IMG/VR virus record: IMGVR_UViG_3300027668_000009 | Length of the DNA: 64,000 nt | Source: an uncultured virus (IMG/VR IMGVR_UViG_3300027668_000009) | Lineage: Duplodnaviria; Heunggongvirae; Uroviricota; Caudoviricetes | Direction: 5' to 3' (one strand) | Shown: in pieces, positions 1-10,109 of the stretch | How the letters are laid out: every line of letters starts with the position of its first letter | How positions within the stretch are numbered: the first letter of the stretch is position 1 | The notes under the pieces: model-generated | What the model saw: the letters and a program-made list of their open reading frames with translations, nothing else | Told to the model about the DNA's origin: nothing | The model's database searches: none | Translations under genes and position numbers: made by a program

Positions 1-227
1 TCATTTGATTTAGGTTTCCCATCAATCACTCCATATGGTAGTTCTCTTAATGCTTCACTCTTCTGAAAATCTGAACCACATGTGTATATTCGTACTTCAT
101 GTGTATCTTTATTCAATGTTTTTGCAACATGGGTTAATCTCATGTCCATAGCATGTTGACTATGAGGCATGTTGAGATATACGTGTACACTTGAATACTT
201 GTGGAATTTATCAAATGTTTTAGTCAT
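1..227 (-). CDS. hypothetical protein (runs off the left edge)
   Basis: Read by hand: ATG at 227 overlaps the glutaredoxin 3' end; open frame MTKTFDKFHKYSSVHVYLNMPH... continues to position 1. Confidence 0.65.
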   Translation of the reverse strand, partial: MTKTFDKFHKYSSVHVYLNMPHSQHAMDMRLTHVAKTLNKDTHEVRIYTCGSDFQKSEALRELPYGVIDGKPKSN

Positions 228-471
228 GGTTACTCTCTTGACCCCAAAATTCCATCTTGTGCCATTCCACTAGGTTGTCGTATCCACCTATTGCTTCTCC
301 GTCAATCCTAATTTGTGGGAATGTCCTTGCAGTTGGGAACTGTTCAAATAGTTCCTCTCTTGTAAAGTCTGACCCTAACTGTGAATAGGTGTAGGTGTAT
401 CCTTCCTTCTCACAAAACCATTTAGCTTTGTCGCAGTATGGACATTGTGGTTTACCGTATATTTCTATCAT
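220..471 (-). CDS. grx: glutaredoxin
   Basis: CPYC active site, TFPQI and IGGY motifs; downstream of nrdAB. Confidence 0.93.
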   Translation of the reverse strand: MIEIYGKPQCPYCDKAKWFCEKEGYTYTYSQLGSDFTREELFEQFPTARTFPQIRIDGEAIGGYDNLVEWHKMEFWGQESNHD

Positions 472-1079
472 AATCCTTTTCTTTCATTCTCTTTCAATTT
501 GTTGAATTCGATACACTTGTTACATGTACCACATCTTACATCACCACCCTCACTACATGAATTGACATATTGTCTTAACGGTATAGGTATACTACACCAT
601 TGTTCCCATTTTGTCATTCCACCAAGTGGTGGTTCTAATCTCATTCCGTGTTCAGTATTCATCAACCTTGCATAGAACTCAAATACTATATTGAATTCCC
701 AAGCCCTTGATAACCATGGGAAATCTGATTTGTTTAAATCACCATAGTTAGTCATACCACTGTTCACCCCCCAAAAGTATTCCTTTATGTGTGGGAACTG
801 TGTCATGGAACTCATCAATGCAAGGAACCAATGTCTAGAAGAGTGGAAGTATTCTTCCGACACTTCTTCATGGTCGTATTTAGGATGTTTGTGAACTATA
901 AGTTCTACACCCAGTTCTGCACATATATCAGTGACGTTGTCGTGTAATACATTTGCAGTAGTGATAGGGTTATCCCACACTGAGTGTAATGCAATGGGTT
1001 TATAACCATTGTTTACTGTCCAATTTAGTAATGCAGTTGACTCAACTCCACCACTGAACATAACAACACATTGTTTCAC
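468..1079 (-). CDS. QueC/ExsB-like PP-loop ATP pyrophosphatase
   Basis: N-terminal VVMFSGGVEST PP-loop and C-terminal C-x7-CGTCNKC Zn site as in QueC. Confidence 0.75.
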   Translation of the reverse strand: MKQCVVMFSGGVESTALLNWTVNNGYKPIALHSVWDNPITTANVLHDNVTDICAELGVELIVHKHPKYDHEEVSEEYFHSSRHWFLALMSSMTQFPHIKEYFWGVNSGMTNYGDLNKSDFPWLSRAWEFNIVFEFYARLMNTEHGMRLEPPLGGMTKWEQWCSIPIPLRQYVNSCSEGGDVRCGTCNKCIEFNKLKENERKGL

Positions 1080-2176
1080 TATAATTCAAACCCTGCGAAT
1101 GTATTATCATCTACGTCTTGTTTGATACCACCAATTAGATAGGATTCTATCTCCGTCTCTTGTGGTGCATTCTGTAACCCTCTACTGTTAAACCAATGTT
1201 TAGTCCATGGTAATGGGTTGTTTGTTGACGATATATCGTACAGTGGTTGCATACCTAATGCACGAAGTCTTTTGTTTGCTGTGTACTCTACGTACTGACC
1301 AAGTAATGGAGTAGATAGTCCAATCATTGAACCGTCTTTGAATAGGAACTCAGCCCATTCTTTCTCTTGTTTTACTGCATCTCTGTACATGTCATATACT
1401 TCATCCTCACACTCTTTCATGATTTTAGTCATCATCTCATCACCTTCCTGTTTCTGATAAGCTTTGATGATGTGCTGTGTGATTGCTAGATGTTGTGCTT
1501 CGTCTCTTGCAATAAGAGAGATAATCTTTGCACTTCCTTCCATCTGTTTTAACTCACCAAAGGCAAATGAACATGCAAAGGATACAAAGAAACGTACTCC
1601 TTCTAAGATGTTAACTGATACCAGTGCAAGGAACAATGCTTTCTTAAGCTCGTATTCATCCACTTTAAGACCTAATAATCTACGTCTTCCTAGGTCAATG
1701 AACTTGTCGTACTTCTCTGTTACCTGTTCTGCTCTAGCGACGATTGCTGGTTCGTCTAGGATAGTGTCAAATATTACACTTGGGTCACTATACACATTCT
1801 TTATAATGTGAGTGTAACTTCGTGAATGTATTGTCTCCATGAAATCCCATGTAATGATACATGATTCTAATTCGGGGATACTTACAAATGGTAGAAATGC
1901 AATCGAAGGAGCTCTTCCTTGAACTGAATCAAGTAATGTCTGATACCTCAAGTTCGAGGTAAAGATGTGCTTCTGTGCATCTGTTAGGTTTTGGTAATCA
2001 CCTCTATCTTTCTGTAAGGAAATCTCTTCGGGTCTCCAAAAGAATGATAGTTGTGTCTGCGTTAGTTTATCAAATACAGGGTATTTGAAAGTGTCGAATC
2101 TTTGGGTGTTCAACTGTTCACCAAAGAACATAGCTTCTTTTGTAAAGTCTACGTTGTTTTTGTTAAATACTGTCAT
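1079..2176 (-). CDS. nrdB: ribonucleotide reductase class Ia beta subunit
   Basis: FFWRPEE, LLDSVQGR, ETIHSRSY, EGVRF, RDEAQH diiron/tyrosyl radical motifs. Confidence 0.97.
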   Translation of the reverse strand: MTVFNKNNVDFTKEAMFFGEQLNTQRFDTFKYPVFDKLTQTQLSFFWRPEEISLQKDRGDYQNLTDAQKHIFTSNLRYQTLLDSVQGRAPSIAFLPFVSIPELESCIITWDFMETIHSRSYTHIIKNVYSDPSVIFDTILDEPAIVARAEQVTEKYDKFIDLGRRRLLGLKVDEYELKKALFLALVSVNILEGVRFFVSFACSFAFGELKQMEGSAKIISLIARDEAQHLAITQHIIKAYQKQEGDEMMTKIMKECEDEVYDMYRDAVKQEKEWAEFLFKDGSMIGLSTPLLGQYVEYTANKRLRALGMQPLYDISSTNNPLPWTKHWFNSRGLQNAPQETEIESYLIGGIKQDVDDNTFAGFEL

Positions 2177-3129
2177 CTTTTTCTTTTCTCTTTCTCAATT
2201 GCTAATTCAAATCCATCATAGTTATTTGCAAACTCACTCTTCGTAACTCTGTTGTGATATACGTCTGCAAACTTCATAAATTGGTCTTTAGTTCGTTTAC
2301 ACTCTTCATCATTCTCATCTGCATATCTATGTGGTCTACCATCAAATGATAATGCAAGATGGTCTGTCTCTGGCTTCTCGCTGGGGTGTGGATGCATCTC
2401 ATTGATATCCAGTAGTCTACTGTCTTCATTAAAGAAGTGTAGAAAGATATGGTATGAGTAATCACCCACTAGATAATCTCTCCAGTGAATTACGTTTGGC
2501 CCTTGATATAATAGTACATCGCCAGGCTCTAAAGATATAGGGATACCTCTTCTGTTTCTATGTGGTAGTCCTTGTGATATTGCAAATGCTTCATCCATGT
2601 CACCCATGTCCACATAGTTACCATCGTTCTGTACCCATATCTTCCAAGGTGCATTGTCATCTGTCTTATAATCTAGACATATGGTTGCACTTATCTCACA
2701 TGATGGTCTATCAGTATGAGCTCTTAGGTATGCACCTCTATCATATTTCCTTGTATAGGAATATGTTTCCCTTAGACCCATGTCAATGACACCGTCTAAT
2801 TTATCCTTTAGCCATCTATGTAGGGAAACTGCCATTGGAGTACAGTAGTTTGCTTTGGACTTTCCTAGTGAATCTTTAGGTGAGTTTTGAGTAATCTCAT
2901 GTTCTGTCTTGAATATGGCTTCATCCCATTTTTTGTTACCTTCAATGGTTTTCCATGCATCTAATGACATGTTGATAATGTCTTTGGGTATAAAGTTTTT
3001 TAGTACTACGTACCTGTCCTTCATCAATGACCATGTCTCGGGATTGGTCACACCAGCAATACTAGTGCCTGGTCTTTCATCGTCGGGGTATGTATATTTT
3101 ACTGTCTTTGCATCATATGGCACAGGCAT
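2173..3129 (-). CDS. 2OG-Fe(II) oxygenase-like protein
   Basis: HTDRPSCEIS HxD motif and distal GDVLLYQG..HWR; start likely MPVPY at 3129. Confidence 0.7.
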   Translation of the reverse strand: MPVPYDAKTVKYTYPDDERPGTSIAGVTNPETWSLMKDRYVVLKNFIPKDIINMSLDAWKTIEGNKKWDEAIFKTEHEITQNSPKDSLGKSKANYCTPMAVSLHRWLKDKLDGVIDMGLRETYSYTRKYDRGAYLRAHTDRPSCEISATICLDYKTDDNAPWKIWVQNDGNYVDMGDMDEAFAISQGLPHRNRRGIPISLEPGDVLLYQGPNVIHWRDYLVGDYSYHIFLHFFNEDSRLLDINEMHPHPSEKPETDHLALSFDGRPHRYADENDEECKRTKDQFMKFADVYHNRVTKSEFANNYDGFELAIEKEKRKR

Positions 3130-5434
3130 CGCAATCTTCCTCATCGTCACTGTTTGTTGGTGAATGCATCATTGGTGGTATGTAATCGTTAGACGCTGAA
3201 TTAGGGTCTGTGATTACATCCTCTACCTTACCATCCATTGTGTTTTGGTAGTATGATGTCTTCCAACCGTACTTGTATGTGTTCAACATGTCCTGTGCCA
3301 TTACTGATACTGGTACTTCACCCTTGTCATAATTCTCGGGGTTGTAACTCCAGTTACCACTAATTGCTTGGTCAAAGAACTTCTGCATCACTGCAAGTAC
3401 TTTAATATATCCATCATTACTAGGCATATCCCATAGTAATGTGTAGTTGTTTTTCAGTATAGAATACTGTGGAACTACCTGTTTAAGTGTTCCTTTTTTA
3501 CTCTTCTTGACACTGAGGTAGTCTCTTGGTGGTTCTACACCATTCGTTGCATTAGAGACGACGCTAGAGGACTCTGAAGGCATCTGTGCAGTCAATGTGG
3601 AGTGTCTTAAACCATGTACTTTGATTCTAGTCCTTAGTACATCCCAATCACATTGTAACACGTTAGGTATGATTGTGTCAACCTCTTTCTTGTACGTATC
3701 AATAGGTAATATACCCTTTGAATACTTAGTCTTGTGGAACCAATCACATGGCCCTTTCTCGGATGCAATTTGATTAGATGCTTTAAGTAGTTCGTACTGG
3801 AATCTTTCTGATAAATCATGCACCAATTGATGTGCTTGTGGGTCATCATACTTGACCTTGTTCTTTGCAAGGAAATGTGCAAGACCAATGTAACCTATTC
3901 CTAGGGAACGTCTTGCTTTTGTTGATACTTCAGCTGCTACGACTGGGTACTTTTGATAGTCTATTAGTTCTTCCAACCCTCTAACTGCAAGGTCACATAG
4001 ATTACTAAGTTCATCTAAGTTCTTAATAATACCTACGTTAACTGCAGAAAGGATACACAACGCAATCTCACCTTCCCCATCGATATGACTGATAGGGTCG
4101 GTGGGTAGTGTTATCTCTTGACATAAGTTACTCATGTTAACCTTGTCGATAAAACTACTGTGCGTATTGCAATGGTCGATATTCATAATGTAAATACGGC
4201 CAGTCTCTGCTCTTTCTTTTAATAAACTTGTAAATAATTGTCTTGCACCAATCTTCTGTTTAGGAACACTGGTTGCACGTTCGTACTTCTCATAGAGTTC
4301 ATCAAACTCGGGTGTTCCAAATGCTTCATATAATCCAGGCACACTATGTGGACTGAACAATGTGATGTCTTCATTCTTTAAGAATCTCTTATAGAATAGT
4401 TCTGATAACTGTATAGAGTAGTCTAGTTTTCTTACTCTGTTGTCTTCTGTACCTTTGTTGTTTTTGAGAACAAGGATGTCTTCGATTTCTTGATGCCAGA
4501 TTGGAAAATGTACCGTGGCACTTCCGCCCCGTACTCCGTTTTGGGTGCAGCTTCGAACTGTGGCTTCAAACTTTTTAAGAAATGGTATGACTCCAGTATG
4601 TTGGACTTCACCCCCTCTAATTTTACTACCAATTCCCCTAATTCGTCCAGCGTTGATTCCAATTCCAGCTCTCTGAGCAACGTACTTACCGATTGCCATG
4701 TCACTTGAGAAGATGGAGTCGAGGGTGTCTGCGGAATCGACGAGAACGCAACTTGCAAACTGTCGAAGTGGTGTTCTGACGCCTGCCATAATGGGTGTGG
4801 GTATGTTGATTTTAAATTGTGATATTGCATCGTAGTATCCTCTAACATAACTTAATCTATTCTCTCCGTAATCTTTAAATAATGTCATTGCAATCAACAT
4901 GTACATGAACTGTGGTGTCTCAAATAATGTGTTGGATGACCTGTCTTGAACCAAATACTTGTCTACTATCTGTTGTAGACCTGCGTATGTGAAGTCTAAA
5001 TCTCTTGTGTGTCTGATAAACTTGTTACACTGTTCTATATCATCTTCTGTGTAATGTGTAAGGATGTCTTTATCATACACACCATTTTTGATGTTTCTTT
5101 GTATGATGTCTCCAAGGGGTGGATATATTTCACTGTCTTTCCATCTAGTGTTAAATACTTGTTTCTGTACACCGTATAGTAATAATCTTGCAGCCACGAA
5201 CTGATAGTTTGGGGACTCTAGTGATATCAAATCACTTGCAGACTTAACTAGAATCTTTTGAATGTCACCTGTGGTGATACCATCATAGAACTGCAGTCCA
5301 CTGTTCATTTCTACAGAAGATTCACTCACACCTGTAAGACCTCTACATGCTCTTTCTACCATTCTATGAATCTTATCTAAATCAATGTGTCTCTTTGACC
5401 CATCTGACTTAATTACTGTAACCTGTGCATTCAT
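3113..5434 (-). CDS. nrdA: ribonucleotide reductase class Ia alpha subunit
   Basis: ATP cone, PTPIMAG, QFASC, SNLCQEI, C-terminal CDAC. Confidence 0.97.
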   Translation of the reverse strand: MNAQVTVIKSDGSKRHIDLDKIHRMVERACRGLTGVSESSVEMNSGLQFYDGITTGDIQKILVKSASDLISLESPNYQFVAARLLLYGVQKQVFNTRWKDSEIYPPLGDIIQRNIKNGVYDKDILTHYTEDDIEQCNKFIRHTRDLDFTYAGLQQIVDKYLVQDRSSNTLFETPQFMYMLIAMTLFKDYGENRLSYVRGYYDAISQFKINIPTPIMAGVRTPLRQFASCVLVDSADTLDSIFSSDMAIGKYVAQRAGIGINAGRIRGIGSKIRGGEVQHTGVIPFLKKFEATVRSCTQNGVRGGSATVHFPIWHQEIEDILVLKNNKGTEDNRVRKLDYSIQLSELFYKRFLKNEDITLFSPHSVPGLYEAFGTPEFDELYEKYERATSVPKQKIGARQLFTSLLKERAETGRIYIMNIDHCNTHSSFIDKVNMSNLCQEITLPTDPISHIDGEGEIALCILSAVNVGIIKNLDELSNLCDLAVRGLEELIDYQKYPVVAAEVSTKARRSLGIGYIGLAHFLAKNKVKYDDPQAHQLVHDLSERFQYELLKASNQIASEKGPCDWFHKTKYSKGILPIDTYKKEVDTIIPNVLQCDWDVLRTRIKVHGLRHSTLTAQMPSESSSVVSNATNGVEPPRDYLSVKKSKKGTLKQVVPQYSILKNNYTLLWDMPSNDGYIKVLAVMQKFFDQAISGNWSYNPENYDKGEVPVSVMAQDMLNTYKYGWKTSYYQNTMDGKVEDVITDPNSASNDYIPPMMHSPTNSDDEEDCDACAI

Positions 5435-6468
5435 ATCTTCTTGTACTCCATTAATTTTAGTTTTGCTGAAAGACCTTCAAACGTACAAGCATTAATGATA
5501 CCTATTATTTCACTCTGAGTCATTCCCTTCATTATCATATCATTGATATCCTTACAATCTGCAACGGACTTATCGTCCCATATACAAACAGAATATCCCA
5601 ACTCAATAACCTCTTCTAGTTTCTTGAGTATCTCTCCATTACGAGGCTCGTTATCATAAATGATAACTGCATTAGGTTTTATACCATCGTCTATCTTCTT
5701 AAAATCACTACCCCCGACTGCGATGCTGTTAGGTAGGAATAAACTATCTATAGGCCCTTCAGTCACATAGATGGTTTTTGTTTTGTCCACATTTTGTATG
5801 TTATAGATGAGTGGGTCGTCATCTAGGAACCTCATAGTTAGGTATCTAAGAGGTGAGTCATTGATTGCTCTACCACTGATACCAACTAGTTCCCCATCCT
5901 CTCTAAAGAACGGTAAAACGATTCTAGGGTCGTTACCAAGAACTCTGTCCTTATACTTAGGTGATAAGAGACTTAGTGTCTGAGCCGATTCTACGAACCA
6001 TAAATCATCGATTTTATTGTCGGGAACCTTACGTGCTTGTAAGTATTCTCGTGCAACTATCTTCTCCTTGGCGGGGAACATTATTGCAGACAAATCGACT
6101 TTAATCATATTTAGTAATTCTGTTTTTGGAGTGAATTTGAACTCATTGGAACTGGGCATCTTATGATTAGATGCATGTTTCTTAGGTTTTCTTCCACTCT
6201 CGGTTAACCATTCTTTTATATACTCTTTATGTAGTACAGGAAAATGGTCTTTCAAAAAGTTGACACTGGATGTGGATTTACCACAATTATGACACTTGAA
6301 TATGAAGCTCTGCTCTATTGCAAAGTGATATCCTCGGGCCTTATGTTTGTTTTTTGAAGAATCACCGCAGTATAAACATCTGTGATTCAACGTTGTATCG
6401 CCTTTCCATTTTGCAAGTTCTAGAGAACTTACACACATTGAAAGATATTTTCTTTCTAACCATAGCAT
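5431..6468 (-). CDS. gp61: T4-like DNA primase
   Basis: Zn finger RCLYCGDS...KCHNC and TOPRIM EGPIDS, YDNEPRN, KDINDM; start likely 6468. Confidence 0.93.
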   Translation of the reverse strand: MLWLERKYLSMCVSSLELAKWKGDTTLNHRCLYCGDSSKNKHKARGYHFAIEQSFIFKCHNCGKSTSSVNFLKDHFPVLHKEYIKEWLTESGRKPKKHASNHKMPSSNEFKFTPKTELLNMIKVDLSAIMFPAKEKIVAREYLQARKVPDNKIDDLWFVESAQTLSLLSPKYKDRVLGNDPRIVLPFFREDGELVGISGRAINDSPLRYLTMRFLDDDPLIYNIQNVDKTKTIYVTEGPIDSLFLPNSIAVGGSDFKKIDDGIKPNAVIIYDNEPRNGEILKKLEEVIELGYSVCIWDDKSVADCKDINDMIMKGMTQSEIIGIINACTFEGLSAKLKLMEYKKI

Positions 6469-6520
6469 ACATCCATTATACATGGATATATGCTATTTTA
6501 CAAGGTGGTTTTTACTCTAT

Positions 6521-6706
6521 TTAAGCGTCGATTAGGGTTTGAACTCGTGCAAGTTCAGTGTCCCAAGCAGCTTTAGACGTATCGTAAGATGATTGTGCTA
6601 AAGTTCTACCGTCTGTTCCTTCTGCAGGAGCTCCAGTCATAGTAGGTTCTGTTGCAACTAGTTCTGCTTTGAATTCAGCAAGAGTCATGTTTTCTGATAT
6701 GGCCAT
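6521..6706 (-). CDS. hypothetical protein
   Basis: ORF with AAGGAG SD, coupled to the upstream gene. Confidence 0.7.
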   Translation of the reverse strand: MAISENMTLAEFKAELVATEPTMTGAPAEGTDGRTLAQSSYDTSKAAWDTELARVQTLIDA

Positions 6707-7188
6707 TATACTTCTCCTTCGGTTTTAGGTGTCATTGTTTCTTCGTGATGTTCGTCAGCAAGTTCATGATGCATATCTTCGATATGTTCGTCATGTTCCA
6801 TGTTCATGTGTTCTGTCCAAGTGTTTGACCAGTCATTTTCTTCTGTTCTCATCCACTCATCTGCAACTACATCATAGTTTGCATCTGTATCGATGTTAGT
6901 AGCCAAGTTATACTCGTCTTCGTCATCGCTGTTTGGCATCATCCAACACTGGTAGATACAATCCCAATAAGCTTCTTCACCAAACCCTTCTGGGCATTCG
7001 TGTGTAGGTGTTTCGGGATGAATGTAATCACCTTCAGTACACGGTGTGTATACTATAGAGTAATCTTCAAATTTTTCTTCTTCGTGTGGTATGTTACCAA
7101 GTGAGTGTTCGATATCTAATAACATTCCTTTGATGTCATACAACGTCTGTGTAATTTTTAGACGTGGGTCTAAGTGTTTATCTTCCAT
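6706..7188 (-). CDS. hypothetical acidic, His/Cys-rich protein
   Basis: ORF with GGAG SD; very D/E-rich with a His-rich C-terminus. Confidence 0.7.
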   Translation of the reverse strand: MEDKHLDPRLKITQTLYDIKGMLLDIEHSLGNIPHEEEKFEDYSIVYTPCTEGDYIHPETPTHECPEGFGEEAYWDCIYQCWMMPNSDDEDEYNLATNIDTDANYDVVADEWMRTEENDWSNTWTEHMNMEHDEHIEDMHHELADEHHEETMTPKTEGEV

Positions 7189-7226
7189 TTTATTTCTCCA
7201 AGAAATGTTTTTTGTTATAAGTTTAT

Positions 7227-8402
7227 TTAGGACTTTTGCAAGTTCTTCAGCTTGCTTTTTGGTACTTGAAGCACAATTCTTTGTGTTTCTCGTAACTTTT
7301 TAGTATTGCCTTTACCTTGTATCAGTCCTAAAGATGTTACCAGTAATAATATTGCCAGCGGGTCAAATACGAATATAAGCATGTAAATTACCCATCTTAC
7401 AGCGTTGTCAAGGTACTTGACAGCATTCTCCTGTCCGTATATTACCTCTGCAATGTACTTAATTGGGCCCACTTCACGTTCTAGTGTAAGTATAATCTGT
7501 TTACTTTCAAACATTTCGTCCTTATACCCATCTATTATATCATATGATTGGTCTATCAACAAGTTGAATTCATCTGTTTTTACAATCAGTTCGTCTACAT
7601 CTCCAGTAGATGACTGTTGTAATCTCTTAATCTCTACGTTAGCACCGTCAATAGTTTCCTGTGCTTGTGACCTGTAGTTGTCTATGTTACCCTGTTGTTC
7701 CCCAATGTCGTCTCTTATCTGTTCTCTCTGACCGTTCTGTTGAGTGAACAAGGTGTTTGCCTGTGCAACGTAATCTATGACCTCTAACTCGTCCTGTGAG
7801 AACACACCACCCTCTTGTGTAGTGATTGTCTCGACACCCTTGACTCTTAGTTCATTTACTGCAGTATCTAAGGTCGTTAGTTGACCTCTAAGAGATGTTA
7901 TTTGTCCCTTTGCATAGTCAATGTCACCCTGTACTCGCTCCCATGAGCCGTCTCTAATCTCTTCCTGTTGGGTGATAGACGCACTTACATCTATCTTAGA
8001 CCCACTAAGATTCTCAATCCTATCTTGATAGGTTATTATCTTATTCTCTTCTCTTGCTATCTGTGACTCGATACGTTGTACTACTGATTGTGCTTGTGCA
8101 GTGTCACCTGTTGTTTCTGAATGTGCTTTGGATAGGTAACCGAATATACCAAGGGATGTAATGAACATGAGAACAACCACTGAAAATACTAGGTAGTACT
8201 TCATGTAGTTTAGTTTGTCCCATGCAAGGTGTAGATAGGCTGCAGTTACAACCTTACCGAACTCTAAAGCACCTGCCATGATTACGATACCCATGAAAGC
8301 ACCAGCAAATATAGTTGCAAGTCCTAACACTGAGAAATATGCAGCGATTGATGCAATTCCTAGGGACGTAATTACCGCGAGGTAATTCAAAAATCTATCC
8401 AT
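7227..8402 (-). CDS. membrane protein with long coiled-coil region
   Basis: Three N-terminal hydrophobic helices, a long heptad-rich region and a C-terminal TM (FVFDPLAILLL). Confidence 0.75.
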   Translation of the reverse strand: MDRFLNYLAVITSLGIASIAAYFSVLGLATIFAGAFMGIVIMAGALEFGKVVTAAYLHLAWDKLNYMKYYLVFSVVVLMFITSLGIFGYLSKAHSETTGDTAQAQSVVQRIESQIAREENKIITYQDRIENLSGSKIDVSASITQQEEIRDGSWERVQGDIDYAKGQITSLRGQLTTLDTAVNELRVKGVETITTQEGGVFSQDELEVIDYVAQANTLFTQQNGQREQIRDDIGEQQGNIDNYRSQAQETIDGANVEIKRLQQSSTGDVDELIVKTDEFNLLIDQSYDIIDGYKDEMFESKQIILTLEREVGPIKYIAEVIYGQENAVKYLDNAVRWVIYMLIFVFDPLAILLLVTSLGLIQGKGNTKKLRETQRIVLQVPKSKLKNLQKS

Positions 8403-8405
8403 AAT

Positions 8406-8597
8406 TTACCTTTTTATGTTTCTACGCAAGAGTTGAAATAGTGCATGGGGTTCATACTTCTTATTTCTCTTCTTGTAACCAATGCTTGATGCATCGGTTG
8501 AAACAGCTGCTCCAGTTGCGTTAACTGGTGCATCTTCACTTAGGTTGTCTTCAACCATTTTCTTATTCATGTCAAATAGTGTACTAATATACGTCAT
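8406..8597 (-). CDS. small conserved T4-like hypothetical protein
   Basis: LSEDAPVNATG motif followed by a basic tail. Confidence 0.6.
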   Translation of the reverse strand: MTYISTLFDMNKKMVEDNLSEDAPVNATGAAVSTDASSIGYKKRNKKYEPHALFQLLRRNIKR

Positions 8598-9177
8598 TTT
8601 CGGTTACCAATACCCTGTCTTCGTTGAGTCCGTTCATATAACCGATATACACATCAATCCCGAAGACTTTCGAATGATGTTCGGCTATTACGATTTCTGT
8701 TTTGTGAGCGTATTCTTTATCTAAGACTTCAAGTCTTCTACGTAAGTTGTATGTACCTACCTCTAGTTTACCGACTGACATGGATTCTTCTAGAACCTCT
8801 CCATCTATCTTACCTAATTCCTTTAGATGACGATAGAACTTTTCACATAGTTCTTCCATTTGGTTTTCGTCCATCTCATTTGATTCTTTTAACATGAGTA
8901 ATGCAACAGCGTATGATGCAAATTGGGATTTACCGAATGGTACCTTGTTTATTATTTTCTTTAGATTGAATACAAGTCTGTGTAACGGTGTTAGGGAAGA
9001 TTTCTCTGCAGAAGTTTCGGGGTTGTTGGGGATAGACACACCTACTTCATTGTCTATCATTTTGATTCGTGTCCCTTTGTTATCAATGAACCCGAATTTG
9101 TATGCCTGCATTTTTTCCCAAGGTGTAGTTAACATCTTGAGGATTCTAAAAGTTATTAGCGTATCTACGATTCTCAT
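8584..9177 (-). CDS. conserved T4-like hypothetical protein
   Basis: FRILKMLTTPWEK..AYKFGFID motif typical of T4-like phages; late-promoter-like CTAAATA upstream. Confidence 0.7.
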   Translation of the reverse strand: MRIVDTLITFRILKMLTTPWEKMQAYKFGFIDNKGTRIKMIDNEVGVSIPNNPETSAEKSSLTPLHRLVFNLKKIINKVPFGKSQFASYAVALLMLKESNEMDENQMEELCEKFYRHLKELGKIDGEVLEESMSVGKLEVGTYNLRRRLEVLDKEYAHKTEIVIAEHHSKVFGIDVYIGYMNGLNEDRVLVTENDVY

Positions 9178-9202
9178 ATATCTATTTAGGTGATTTTAAA
9201 GG

Positions 9203-9278
9203 TGGAGCTCCCAGTCTGATTCGAACAGACCACCTAATGCTTACAAAGCATTTGCTCTACCGAATGAGCTATGGGAGC
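9203..9278 (-). tRNA. tRNA-Thr (anticodon UGU)
   Basis: 76 nt: acceptor GCTCCCA/TGGGAGC, D arm GCTC..GAGC, anticodon arm AATGC-TT-TGT-AA-GCATT, T arm GTCTG-TTCGAAT-CAGAC, encoded CCA. Confidence 0.95.
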
Positions 9279-9650
9279 TTAGAGGTCTCTTAACCTTTGT
9301 ACAATTTCATCATCTAGGGGTAAGTCTGACTTAAAGTCCTGTGTGATGTACTCTAGGTATAATAAGAGGGTTTTAATTGAAGACCAATACCTATCTTCCT
9401 TAATTTTAAACTCCAACATCCTCATACATGCATCGTATCCAAAGACATTGAATAGACAAATAAGGTGATTGAGTAGTAGACGTTCCCTTAGTTCACCACT
9501 TTCATGGTATCTAAATAGAAGTCTCTTGAGGTATCTAAACCTGCGTAAGTCCTCTTGGAAGTCTTCCATGTCCTCACACTGAGGGTCATCGTAATGCTTC
9601 AGTGCAAATGCTGAAAAGTTTTTGGCTGTTAGTTTATCAAAAAGACTCAT
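9279..9650 (-). CDS. conserved T4-like hypothetical protein
   Basis: DFQEDLRRFRYLKRLL...RLLLNHLI..NVFG motif common in marine T4-like phages. Confidence 0.75.
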   Translation of the reverse strand: MSLFDKLTAKNFSAFALKHYDDPQCEDMEDFQEDLRRFRYLKRLLFRYHESGELRERLLLNHLICLFNVFGYDACMRMLEFKIKEDRYWSSIKTLLLYLEYITQDFKSDLPLDDEIVQRLRDL

Positions 9651-9706
9651 AATGTAATATAAAGTTAGTTGGTCTACCTTTATTTAGTAGACGCAACTAA
9701 AAGGTT

Positions 9707-10105
9707 TTAGACCAAAGAACCGTATACTTTGTAACTGTTGTTCTGTAGTCGTTCGTATTTCACTTTTAGTGAAACTGTTTTTTCTTCTTTTTCAAACTCA
9801 TCATGTGGAGTATCAACGGTCTTACCGAAAGATTCCCCATAGAGAGAGAAAGATAGGTCAAACTCACCACTTTCATTGAATTCCATGTCATATTCATTAC
9901 ATGTTAAACCCAATTGACCGAGTTTTGCCTTCATTTGTTCAACAGCAGCGTTAGGATTCATGTATTCTGAAGAAGCAGTATGTCCTAGAATTGCATTTAT
10001 CTTAGACTTAACAACAGCATCATCTATATTGTGAGGAACGTTCTCTGAAGAAAGTCCTGCTGGGGATGTACTGTGTTCTACCATAAATTCGTTGAATTTT
10101 TTCAT
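9707..10105 (-). CDS. hypothetical protein, possibly head-associated
   Basis: N-terminus MKKFNEFMVE resembles the T4 capsid-targeting sequence. Confidence 0.65.
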   Translation of the reverse strand: MKKFNEFMVEHSTSPAGLSSENVPHNIDDAVVKSKINAILGHTASSEYMNPNAAVEQMKAKLGQLGLTCNEYDMEFNESGEFDLSFSLYGESFGKTVDTPHDEFEKEEKTVSLKVKYERLQNNSYKVYGSLV

Positions 10106-10109
10106 AATT

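Noticed and set aside
468..1079. Complete 7-deazaguanine DNA modification system
   Set aside because: Only a QueC-like gene is visible; the partner genes are not in the window.
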